A stretch of DNA of 31,180 nucleotides from a virus, in the IMG/VR virus record IMGVR_UViG_3300045971_000277, positions 1-31,180 of that record, one strand, 5' to 3'. Position numbers and translations under genes: made by a program. The notes under the pieces were generated by a model, which worked only from the letters and a program-made list of their open reading frames with translations, made no database searches and was not told the origin of the DNA. Positions 1-8,207 of the stretch are shown here, one piece after another; within the stretch, counting starts at the first letter, position 1; every line of letters begins with the position of its first letter.

Positions 1-80
1 GGTATCATAGATTGACTTCATACATAGCAGCTGGCTTTGATAAAATTCCAGCGATGGTATGGTAAACTCTAGCGGTAAAG

Positions 81-668
81 GTGGACGATGTGTCGGACAC
101 GTTAGTATTAAACTCGTCGTGGCAGCCCATCCGTACTATTTCATGGGAAGACGCGTTTTCGCTACTATTCAATCAAGGTAGCGACACCAGAATCAGCCGC
201 ACTAAGGCACATGTCGTTGAGTATTACGACGACCGCCGCGTGCATTCAGCGACCGAAGAGTGGCGGGTTCCGTCTGTGATTAGGCTAGCCGACACGTTCG
301 TGCGCAACCGTAATATGGTAAGGTTTTCTCGCGATGCCATATACACGCGTGACCATGGTATATGTCAGTATTGTGGCTCAAAGGTAGGCCGTGACGAGTT
401 TACCTTAGACCATATCGTACCGAAGTCGCGTGGTGGTAAGACCACCTGGGTAAATACAGTTGTAGCATGCGTAGCTTGCAATCAGCGCAAGGGCGATGCC
501 TCACTAACTACGTGCGGGATGGCGATACTAAAGCAGCCAGTCAAGCCTGACCGACCGATGGGCCAATTCACGGTTGAGTGGAATCGTGGAATGCCACAGG
601 CGTGGCGCTCATATATGCGTGATAACCTATATTGGTTTGGTGAGCTAGATAATGATAATGTCGGGTAG
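81..668 (+). CDS. HNH endonuclease (McrA/HNH_5-like)
   Basis: TLVLN...VPSVIRL N-terminal signature; RDHGICQYCG, TLDHIVPKSRGG, NTVVACVACNQRKG HNH/Zn motifs. True start may be the GTG at 90 (AAGGTGGA upstream). Confidence 0.92.
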   Translation: MDDVSDTLVLNSSWQPIRTISWEDAFSLLFNQGSDTRISRTKAHVVEYYDDRRVHSATEEWRVPSVIRLADTFVRNRNMVRFSRDAIYTRDHGICQYCGSKVGRDEFTLDHIVPKSRGGKTTWVNTVVACVACNQRKGDASLTTCGMAILKQPVKPDRPMGQFTVEWNRGMPQAWRSYMRDNLYWFGELDNDNVG

Positions 669-682
669 GCACGACGTTTGCT
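667..682 (+). promoter_or_regulatory. sigma54 (-24/-12) consensus site 1
   Basis: AGGCAC-GACGT-TTGCT matches TGGCAC-N5-TTGC(A/T) with correct GG..GC spacing; lies right at the HNH stop codon. Confidence 0.55.
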
Positions 683-747
683 ACGCCGATGTCGCCTCCG
701 CCCGACACCAATATAGTCGAAACGCGCGGATTTACGTATATGATGAA

Positions 748-763
748 TGGCACGTCACTTGCT
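748..763 (+). promoter_or_regulatory. sigma54 (-24/-12) promoter of the membrane-protein gene
   Basis: TGGCAC-GTCAC-TTGCT is a perfect consensus; predicted start ~774, immediately before RBS AAGGAG (776-781) and ATG 787. Confidence 0.75.
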
Positions 764-786
764 ATATCGGTTCATAAGGAGACGTT

Positions 787-1089
787 ATGAACCGTACATT
801 CTCGTTAGTCGGCGTTGGCTTTGGGCTCGTGGCATTCTTGGCTTTTGGATTGCTTCCGTCTGTATTGTATGGTGGGTACGCAGGCATTTTATTGGCAGGC
901 GGCATCTTTGGCACGCCATTGCAGCCTACCCTAGTAGTGCGTGCATTCGTTGTGTTTGGAATGGTATTTGGCGTGACCGCCATTGCTTCGCTGTTCGCCG
1001 TGATGGGAGCCGCCATCGGAACTGCCGTTGGCGCGCTTACGCAGTTTAACTCACCAAGAAAGGCTACAAATGATCAGGGTATTCTGTGA
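787..1089 (+). CDS. small Gly/Ala-rich multi-pass membrane protein
   Basis: Strong RBS AAGGAG; nearly the whole protein is hydrophobic with GxxxG patterns; from memory it resembles a conserved hypothetical family of Geobacter/Anaeromyxobacter-type bacteria (unverified). Confidence 0.8.
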   Translation: MNRTFSLVGVGFGLVAFLAFGLLPSVLYGGYAGILLAGGIFGTPLQPTLVVRAFVVFGMVFGVTAIASLFAVMGAAIGTAVGALTQFNSPRKATNDQGIL

Positions 1090-1312
1090 TGTATGCTCGA
1101 CAGAGCTTGAGCTAAGCATGACAAGCCGTATCTCCTGCAGCTGGGGCTGCGGGCGCGACCTTTGCCTGTCTCATGTATTGTGGGACCAGCACGATCAGCC
1201 AGCATGCAAGTTCTGCGCTGAGTCGAAGTTGCTTAAGGTGCGTCTGAACGATATGGCGCGGGGTACGGAGCGGTTTGCGGTTGAACTGGTCGCACCCGTA
1301 TCTCCACGATAA
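1070..1312 (+). CDS. small Cys-rich (zinc-finger-like) protein
   Basis: ATG 1070 preceded by AAGAAAGG; CDVC, CSWGC, CLSH, CKFC motifs; overlaps the end of the previous gene. Confidence 0.65.
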   Translation: MIRVFCDVCSTELELSMTSRISCSWGCGRDLCLSHVLWDQHDQPACKFCAESKLLKVRLNDMARGTERFAVELVAPVSPR

Positions 1313-1457
1313 TATCATTAGGCCCCGCTACTGACTTTACGTAGTCAAGTAGCGGGAATGTCTGATGCATGTAGCCATCAGGCCCGATAATACTAATCAG
1401 GTCCTTAAACTCAGGATCCCAGATTCCGAAGCTGACCAATTCGGCTGCGTCGCCCAT
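1233..1457 (-). CDS. possible small hypothetical protein
   Basis: Protein-like composition and fills an otherwise empty gap (1313-1498), but no clear RBS and it overlaps the convergent gene. Confidence 0.25.
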   Translation of the reverse strand: MGDAAELVSFGIWDPEFKDLISIIGPDGYMHQTFPLLDYVKSVAGPNDIIVEIRVRPVQPQTAPYPAPYRSDAP

Positions 1458-1498
1458 ACTGAATAGTAACGCGTGTGGCGCATTTGGTTACCATACTG

Positions 1499-1533
1499 TA
1501 TCACCGTGACTAGTATTATACGGCACGGTGATA
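1499..1533 (+). promoter_or_regulatory. 10-bp perfect inverted repeat covering the RBS of the 1535 gene
   Basis: TATCACCGTG (1499-1508), 15-nt loop containing TATTAT, CACGGTGATA (1524-1533); ATG at 1535. Confidence 0.6.
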
Positions 1534-1534
1534 T

Positions 1535-4495
1535 ATGTCAAAACATACCTATAATCTCCCCGACGGACTCAATACTGAGAGCCTAGCGACTAAGCTAGCT
1601 CAAATTGCGGGTAGGGACTATGCGGACGCCCGCGTAATCTTTAACGCTATTATGAGTGATGCTAACGGCAAGCCCATATCGAAAGATCAATGGGAATCTG
1701 CGGTCCGGGTTAAGGCTGGCATGCGTGCCAGTAAGATCTGGCCCATTATTCGTAAGATGCTGAGCGATCATCGCATGGTGACGGCGCAGAAGTATCGTAT
1801 GAGTGAGCCAGAGCCGTCTGATGGGTCTGATGACTATCACGATCCAAAGCCGTCGCCTGGACCGTGCAAGCGTAAGAACTGCAGCGGCAAGGCAACGCAT
1901 GGCGGATATTGTAAGTCATGCAACGATGGCATGAAAGAGGATGCGTTTGACATGGCTCGTGGCGCGACTAAGGTCGCCCATCCGGTATGGGACCTATCGA
2001 CTGAGGGTCACGGCGATCCTGTAGTTGTACGTAAGATACAGGAAGAGGCTGAACGCGGTAAGATCGGTGAGCCCGGCTGGCTTGGCCGGATGGCATCGAC
2101 CTACATTGGCGGTAAGCGGGTTGCGGGCAAGGTGACAGCGGTTGATGGCACTCAGATTACGATGGACGTCGACGGCGAGCCTGTCTCGTCCGATCTCGCC
2201 TTTGTAAGTTTTTTAGCCGATAGGGACGCTGCAGAGCCAGCATCGCCCCTGACTAAGTCGGCTCAAGAAGTACCACCCGCACCAAAGCCGCGTTCGATTT
2301 TCCAAGAATGGGGCGATGTAGCCAAGGCTGTCGGTCAGTCATTCGGCCGTGGTAAGAAGCCCGGTGGCAAGCTTAACATTAAGCAAGAAGAGCAAGAAGG
2401 CGGAATGCCGCTGCTGGATGGCGGTAAGAACCCAGATGGTTCGATGATCCTGCCGGACGCCGACGAGCTACGCACATTCCTAATAAAGCTTCTACCGTCG
2501 TTCAGCGGTAAGCAGAAGTCTGCACAGCAACAGACGCTACCCGGCATGGGTGCACCGCCAACACCACAACAACCGGCACAGCCGTCTCCGCCGCAACCGG
2601 CGCAACCAGCACAACCTGCGGGGCTTGGCATCAACGTGAGCCCACAGCATAATATCCGTGGTCCAATCATCCGCCGTCTGACGAATGAGCTAGTGCGCGG
2701 CATCGACAACATTCGCCAGCGCTCGATCAATCGCATGATTGATGTGTATAAGGACCAGTTTGCGCCGAAGCTGAAAGAGCGCAAGTACATGGATATTTTG
2801 TGGTGGTGGAATCGTGAAGCCATCATCCAGAACCAGCTGGGCCAAATCATCCAGGTCTTGGATAAGACTTATCAGGCGCCGATGAAGGCTCCATACCAGC
2901 AGCAGTCGATACACGAAGTGCAGGAGCACAAGCCAGAAAACGCGCCTGATCAACCAGAGGCCGTGCCGCAAGCACCGGAGCCTGAACAGCTAGAACTATT
3001 TAAGAAGGCACAGGCACTAATACAGGCCGAGCTTCAGAAGGCCGCACAGCGCATGGGGCCGAATGCGGCATCGACGTTTGAGTTACAGTATATTGTTCGG
3101 GTTTTAACCAAGTTTGGTTTCCCGATTAACGACAAGCAGGCATTGATGTCGGTGCTTGAGTTAAACAAGAACCATGCCGTATCGAACGTCGTCGACCGTG
3201 TGCCTGACGCCGATTGGGCTGAATTTATACAAAACGTGGGCAAGCCAGCCGCCGACGATGGCGCGCTTGTAGATTCGCGTCCTGAATGGTGGACCCAGTA
3301 TCGTCCGGTTTCACCTGAGAGCGAAGGATCGTTCGACGACTATGATATAGATGAAGCTCCACCAATGTCGATGGATGAAGCGCTACCGAAGAAAGCGCAA
3401 GCGCAAGACACGATTAAGCGTAACTGGATGGCTCTAGAGTGGCTGTGGTGGATGGCCGACGCTGGATTCTCTCTAAACAGCTATGAGAATATGAAGGAAC
3501 TGGCAGCAAAGTTCCCGATCTCGGCCCATCGCGGCCCGGCCTTAGCCGCATCGATGTCTGATACGGAATACGAAGACCTATGGCGGTCTGGTCAGATTAA
3601 CCAGTTCGGCTCCATGAACGGCCTACCTGAAAAGCTGCAGCAGCACAGCGAGGGTGACCGTGGGCCGGTAGAAGATGCGTGGCCCGCTAATTATCGCAAG
3701 TGGCGTGAGAACACGAACGTGAACGAGCCCGTTAAGGTCGTGCGTGAAGTGCCGAAGAATGACATGATGGACGTTGGCGAAGAAGCAGAAGTCTCGATGG
3801 AAGACGTTCGTCCGAAGTCTATACCGTCGCGGATGACCAATAATGATCCTAAGCCGACCGGCACGACCAACATGACGACGGTAACGCAGATGCCTCAGCG
3901 GATTCCGTTTAATCAGGTTCGGCCGATGCCAGGGTTCACTTCAGGCCAGATACTGAAGCAGCCCGGTGGCAAGCTATCGGTGTTGATTGCTAAGCCGGGC
4001 GGGCGTGACCAGACTACCGCGTCGGTCGGTCAAGGCGTTATGCTACGTAAGTTTGGTCAAGGCCTTGGATACATCGTTGGGCAAGATGGCGGCGGCAAGC
4101 TAGTAGTTTGGCTCGAGAAGTTACAAGATTTACGTGCCGTCGACGCATCCGAAGTCGAACTTGACCTTAAGAATCGTAAGCTAGCTTCAGTCGCCACCAT
4201 CGTAGCTGATGCCGTGCGAAATGCGCAGCAACAGAATCAACCAATGCAGCCGATGCAGCCCGGCCCTAGCTCACCTAATGCCCCAACGACTCAAGAAGGA
4301 ATTCCGGTACAGCCCGGCGACATTATAAAGCCAAAGACTGACGCGGGCCCGCCAGCCAATCCTGACAATACCGGCCAAGTGCAGTCGGTCGGACCAGATG
4401 GATCCGTGGTGATGCAGACTGAGCAGGGTAAGCCCGCAGCGGTTGCGCCGGATGATACGAAGAAATTCGAAGCTATACCAAGCATTAATATCTAG
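1535..4495 (+). CDS. large modular putative internal head/virion protein (986 aa)
   Basis: Long ORF with Pro/Gln linkers, a Cys cluster (CKRKNC..CKSC), SH3-like segments and repeated KxAQ motifs; located in the head module. Confidence 0.7.
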   Translation: MSKHTYNLPDGLNTESLATKLAQIAGRDYADARVIFNAIMSDANGKPISKDQWESAVRVKAGMRASKIWPIIRKMLSDHRMVTAQKYRMSEPEPSDGSDDYHDPKPSPGPCKRKNCSGKATHGGYCKSCNDGMKEDAFDMARGATKVAHPVWDLSTEGHGDPVVVRKIQEEAERGKIGEPGWLGRMASTYIGGKRVAGKVTAVDGTQITMDVDGEPVSSDLAFVSFLADRDAAEPASPLTKSAQEVPPAPKPRSIFQEWGDVAKAVGQSFGRGKKPGGKLNIKQEEQEGGMPLLDGGKNPDGSMILPDADELRTFLIKLLPSFSGKQKSAQQQTLPGMGAPPTPQQPAQPSPPQPAQPAQPAGLGINVSPQHNIRGPIIRRLTNELVRGIDNIRQRSINRMIDVYKDQFAPKLKERKYMDILWWWNREAIIQNQLGQIIQVLDKTYQAPMKAPYQQQSIHEVQEHKPENAPDQPEAVPQAPEPEQLELFKKAQALIQAELQKAAQRMGPNAASTFELQYIVRVLTKFGFPINDKQALMSVLELNKNHAVSNVVDRVPDADWAEFIQNVGKPAADDGALVDSRPEWWTQYRPVSPESEGSFDDYDIDEAPPMSMDEALPKKAQAQDTIKRNWMALEWLWWMADAGFSLNSYENMKELAAKFPISAHRGPALAASMSDTEYEDLWRSGQINQFGSMNGLPEKLQQHSEGDRGPVEDAWPANYRKWRENTNVNEPVKVVREVPKNDMMDVGEEAEVSMEDVRPKSIPSRMTNNDPKPTGTTNMTTVTQMPQRIPFNQVRPMPGFTSGQILKQPGGKLSVLIAKPGGRDQTTASVGQGVMLRKFGQGLGYIVGQDGGGKLVVWLEKLQDLRAVDASEVELDLKNRKLASVATIVADAVRNAQQQNQPMQPMQPGPSSPNAPTTQEGIPVQPGDIIKPKTDAGPPANPDNTGQVQSVGPDGSVVMQTEQGKPAAVAPDDTKKFEAIPSINI

Positions 4496-4558
4496 TCTGG
4501 GTTTCTAGCGTAGTGCGGTGAAATTATTATCTACGTGCGGCAATAAATAGGAGTTACA

Positions 4559-4882
4559 ATGGCACTTCAGAAATGGGCAGTTGACAGCGCGGCTAAGAAG
4601 TACTGGGAAGAGTACTATCGTGAATATGGGCGCTCGTGGGTACGTGATATCCCGCGCCGGATTCGTGCTGCGGTTAAGACTGCTGCTAAGTCTAACGCAA
4701 TTGCGATCGAGGCCGGTCTAGTCACCCCGATTGGCACCACGTGGGACGACGAGTCGGTATATCTGGAGGGCGTATTCCGCCCCGCTACCGGCCCTGCAAT
4801 GCTCTTTAACGCGTCATTCGATCACGAAGGTAGTGTGACTTCGTTTGATGCGATTCCGCTGGAAGCTACCAAGCCGGAATAA
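4559..4882 (+). CDS. hypothetical virion-associated protein with AVDxxAKxYW motif
   Basis: RBS AGGAG; its N-terminal motif is shared with an internal segment of the 8208 protein. Confidence 0.8.
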   Translation: MALQKWAVDSAAKKYWEEYYREYGRSWVRDIPRRIRAAVKTAAKSNAIAIEAGLVTPIGTTWDDESVYLEGVFRPATGPAMLFNASFDHEGSVTSFDAIPLEATKPE

Positions 4883-4884
4883 GC

Positions 4885-5085
4885 ATGACGAAACGGGCGA
4901 AAGTCATCCAGATATCGCCCAAGCCTGAGCCAGTCAGGAAGTCTGAGTCGTATTGGCTATGTGCAGGCTGCAATGATAAGATCTCTATACCGTCTGGTCT
5001 TACTGCAGATGAGTTAGTCGACATGACGCGGTCACACATGGAAGTGTGCGAGCCTACACAATTAGCAAAAGCAGCGAATCAGTAG
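4885..5085 (+). CDS. small zinc-binding-like protein
   Basis: Starts 2 nt after the previous stop; CAGC...HMEVC (C2HC-like). Confidence 0.65.
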   Translation: MTKRAKVIQISPKPEPVRKSESYWLCAGCNDKISIPSGLTADELVDMTRSHMEVCEPTQLAKAANQ

Positions 5086-5096
5086 CCGAGGATACC

Positions 5097-8000
5097 ATGA
5101 ACACACGGATAGCACTAAAGGCTTATACCAAGGGCGAGACACAGGATCTAGGTCATGTGGCTGGTCCGTTAGCTAAGTTCGCCAAGAAGTATGCTGCGGC
5201 GTACGAGGCTAAGGAGCGCGCTATTATAATGCGCAAGAACCAGGATCAACTGGTAAGCCCAGTCCTTGATGTGTTGCGCCAGAAGATCGCAGCCAAGCTT
5301 GGTGAGAAGCAGCTGTCGACACCAATTGCGATGCGCTTTGACGCGTATCAGGCGGTTCGCAAGGCGTCTGAGCACGATCAGGCTGATTCTGGCCTATCGC
5401 GCCTCGCTCGCCACCTTGAGGCTTCGTGGACCAAGGACCCTATGGGTTCCATCACCCTAGGTGAGGTCATGGAGCTTCGCCGTCATTATAGCGATTCCTA
5501 TCCGAAGTCCAAGGTCGCCAAGGTGCTCGACACTGAGCTACCTAAGGTCGGCTATGCCCAGCTTCCTGTGGCAAAGCTTGCCAAGATCGCCGCGCAGATT
5601 CAGGATCAGGCTGATTTCGATCAGGCCATTCTGATGCACCAGCTGGCTGGTGACGACATTCGCTCGGTCCAAGCCCGCACACTGATCCGTGAGCTAGTCG
5701 ATCTTAAGGGCACCACGGTTGAGGCCAAGACGGCAGCAGCAGCAGCAGCAGATGATCGCACCAATATGGAGCGCGTGACGGACCGTATTGCGAAGGAAGC
5801 CCAGCTGGGTGGCCCTCCGTCGCATAAGGGTCCGCCGATGCCGCCCCATAAGGGTCCGCCAATGGGCGAGCCTCCTGATGAAGGTATCTTGGATGGTGGC
5901 ATCGATGACATCATGGACATGGGCGACCTCGACCTAGAGGGTCCGGGCGAAGAGCTACCGCTTGGCGCACCCGAAGAGGGTGGCGCTGGTGACGCTCCAG
6001 AACTGGCCGAAGAGGTTCGTGAGTTCACACAGAATGAAGTCGCCCCGAATCTCCCGGGCATCGAAGAGTACAATGAGGTTGAGCGTGCCGAGACCGGCGC
6101 GGGTCCCGTAGACGACCCGATCGATTGGGCATTTGCTGAGGGTCAGGAAATGGGCGAAGATGGCCAGCCTGCCCACACCGTTAGCCCGTCGAAGCCCGGC
6201 TGGGTCGAGGAAGAGCTAAGTGAGCACGGCGTTGACGGCCCGCCAGCTGGTGAGCCGCCTATGGTTGACGACCTTGATAGTCTCGAGGATGATGTCGAGA
6301 ATATCGTGATGGCTCGTGCCGCTGGCAAGTTCCAGGCCGTAACGAAGTCTCCGCCCGGTTTCGAGAAGTGGGTCATGAATCGTAAGGCTGAGGGCATGGA
6401 CCCCGACATGGCGTATGCGACGGCTTGGGCCAAGCACAGCCGTGGCGAAGCCCCGACGAAGCAGGCGCAGTGGGACCGCGACACACAGGAGTGGCTGAAT
6501 AGCTTCGGTGGTGGCGATGAGCTGCCGGGCGGCCTGTGTCAGACCTGTGGTGAACCCAATTGTGATGACGAGAATTGCGTGGTCGACCGTAATCTAAATC
6601 AGGCTAAGCCGGGCCGGACCGACAGTCTTGTTGGGCGCGATCCCGATGCCGTGCTGGACCAGCCACGTGGTGATAGCCCGTATGGTGGTGGCGGGGCCAA
6701 GAGGCGGTTGGATGAGCGCATTAAGGGCCGTGGGCACGAAGGCCGCCCTGAACTTGGTGGCCCGCGTCTAGCCGCTGGTGGACTTAATAAGACGCCGATG
6801 AGCAATGGCGAGCATCCTAAGGTCACCACCTACGCGCCTGAGCGTGGCAAGGATGGAGGGGCCGAGTTGACTAAGGACGAGACTAAGGCGCTATCGGTGA
6901 ATGAAATCGAAGCCGCTATTATCGACCGTGGTGAAACCGTCAAGGTCGGCAATGTATCAATCCTGATCAACAATCAGGATGAGGTCGAGCTTTGGGTCAA
7001 GGACGCTGGTCGTGCCTGCGATCTGCAGGATATCGACGTCGCCATCGCTGATTTTATCCGGTATGCCACACTAGAGCGTGAAGTGCCCAAGGGTAATGCG
7101 GGCAGCTTCGCCGTTACTACGTTGCAGCCGGTTCCGTGCGGTAAGTGCGCTAGCGTCAATTACTTCCAGCCCACTACAAACCCGTCTGATCTGTTTGAGT
7201 GCGAGTGCGGTCACCGGACAAAGAATGCGACGATCATGTCGCTGGTCAAGCACGGCCAGCTAAACCGTCTGTATCACCTCAAGGTTGAGCTACCGTCGGC
7301 CGCCCGTGGTTCGAAGCAGCAGGTTAAGAACGCGATGGCGCACATCATGAAGAACATGGTGGGCAAGTCCGTCACAGCTTCGTTCGAAGGCGTACGTAGT
7401 GGCATCGCTAGCATTCGGATCGATCACGCTAATAACGCAGCCGTGTCGAAGATCGTTGACACCTTCAAGCGTGCCGGATTCAAGCACGTTGCTCAACTGA
7501 GTGGTGGCCCGGTTCCGGGTGGCGCTGACATGCCTGTCGCAGAAATGCCGAAGGACACGGTTCCGGCTGGTAAGCCTGCTGGCGGCAATGCGGCTCCTCC
7601 GCCTGCAGCGGCTGGTGACGTCGGCATGGGCATTTCGATGCCTGACATGCCGTCGACGCTGAAGCACTATAAGAGCAAGGGCATCGGGTTCGTTGAAGCA
7701 CTAGCGAATCTAAAGAAGGATTTCCCTGAGTTCGTTGAGAATCACCTGACCGGCAACCCGCAGGCTGAGGCCGATCTGTTCGCATTGGCACAGCAGCTGT
7801 GGTTCCAGGCTCCAGCACCGACACCGGATGCGGCTCCGCCTCCTGAGGGTGCTGCACCCGGCATGGCCGCCACTGCTTTCAAGGATCCAGCCGTACGTAA
7901 GCCGAAGGATCACGTGAGCGTTGGCAAGAAGCCGCTAGGCACTGAGTCGGATAGCGAGCACAAGATGAAGTCGCCCGCGATCAAGAAGAAGCATCCGGCG

Positions 8001-8198
8001 AAGCAGAAGAGCCCGACGGATCTTGGCAAGCACAGCGATGATAAGGACCCGGGCAGCTTCGGCGCTGAAAAGCCGCCGAAGGATGGCAAGCGTCCGGGCG
8101 CTGGCGATGCTAAGGGGACCAAGGCTCCTTCGAAGGGCATGCACGGCAAGGATAGCGACAACGACCCAGCTAAGTCAATTCCGCTTCCAAATAAGTAA
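5097..8198 (+). CDS. large modular putative internal head protein (~1033 aa)
   Basis: Start reassigned to ATG 5097 (GAGGA RBS); acidic and Pro-rich linkers, CxxC clusters, a PPG..AYATAW mini-domain, Lys-rich tail, KEAQ/KQAQ/HVAQ motifs. Confidence 0.75.
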   Translation: MNTRIALKAYTKGETQDLGHVAGPLAKFAKKYAAAYEAKERAIIMRKNQDQLVSPVLDVLRQKIAAKLGEKQLSTPIAMRFDAYQAVRKASEHDQADSGLSRLARHLEASWTKDPMGSITLGEVMELRRHYSDSYPKSKVAKVLDTELPKVGYAQLPVAKLAKIAAQIQDQADFDQAILMHQLAGDDIRSVQARTLIRELVDLKGTTVEAKTAAAAAADDRTNMERVTDRIAKEAQLGGPPSHKGPPMPPHKGPPMGEPPDEGILDGGIDDIMDMGDLDLEGPGEELPLGAPEEGGAGDAPELAEEVREFTQNEVAPNLPGIEEYNEVERAETGAGPVDDPIDWAFAEGQEMGEDGQPAHTVSPSKPGWVEEELSEHGVDGPPAGEPPMVDDLDSLEDDVENIVMARAAGKFQAVTKSPPGFEKWVMNRKAEGMDPDMAYATAWAKHSRGEAPTKQAQWDRDTQEWLNSFGGGDELPGGLCQTCGEPNCDDENCVVDRNLNQAKPGRTDSLVGRDPDAVLDQPRGDSPYGGGGAKRRLDERIKGRGHEGRPELGGPRLAAGGLNKTPMSNGEHPKVTTYAPERGKDGGAELTKDETKALSVNEIEAAIIDRGETVKVGNVSILINNQDEVELWVKDAGRACDLQDIDVAIADFIRYATLEREVPKGNAGSFAVTTLQPVPCGKCASVNYFQPTTNPSDLFECECGHRTKNATIMSLVKHGQLNRLYHLKVELPSAARGSKQQVKNAMAHIMKNMVGKSVTASFEGVRSGIASIRIDHANNAAVSKIVDTFKRAGFKHVAQLSGGPVPGGADMPVAEMPKDTVPAGKPAGGNAAPPPAAAGDVGMGISMPDMPSTLKHYKSKGIGFVEALANLKKDFPEFVENHLTGNPQAEADLFALAQQLWFQAPAPTPDAAPPPEGAAPGMAATAFKDPAVRKPKDHVSVGKKPLGTESDSEHKMKSPAIKKKHPAKQKSPTDLGKHSDDKDPGSFGAEKPPKDGKRPGAGDAKGTKAPSKGMHGKDSDNDPAKSIPLPNK
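5733..5750 (+). repeat. (GCA)6 microsatellite encoding poly-Ala
   Basis: Six perfect GCA copies directly after KT. Confidence 0.85.
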
Positions 8199-8207
8199 GA
8201 GGGTACG

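Noticed and set aside
12-68. sigma70-like boxes TTGACT/TTGATA and TGGTAAACT upstream of the HNH gene
   Set aside because: The -35/-10 spacing does not fit; only a possible extended -10 remains, which is too weak to call.
909-923. Third sigma54-like site TGGCAC-GCCA-TTGCA
   Set aside because: The spacer is one base short of the strict -24/-12 spacing and the site lies inside a CDS.
1499-1506. TATCACCG equals a lambda operator half-site
   Set aside because: The spacing does not match the 17-bp lambda operator and no repressor gene is in view; likely coincidence.
5046-5096. Longer 5' starts given in the ORF track (also 1028, 16052, 19105)
   Set aside because: Downstream ATGs have SD sequences or stop-start coupling and avoid long overlaps.
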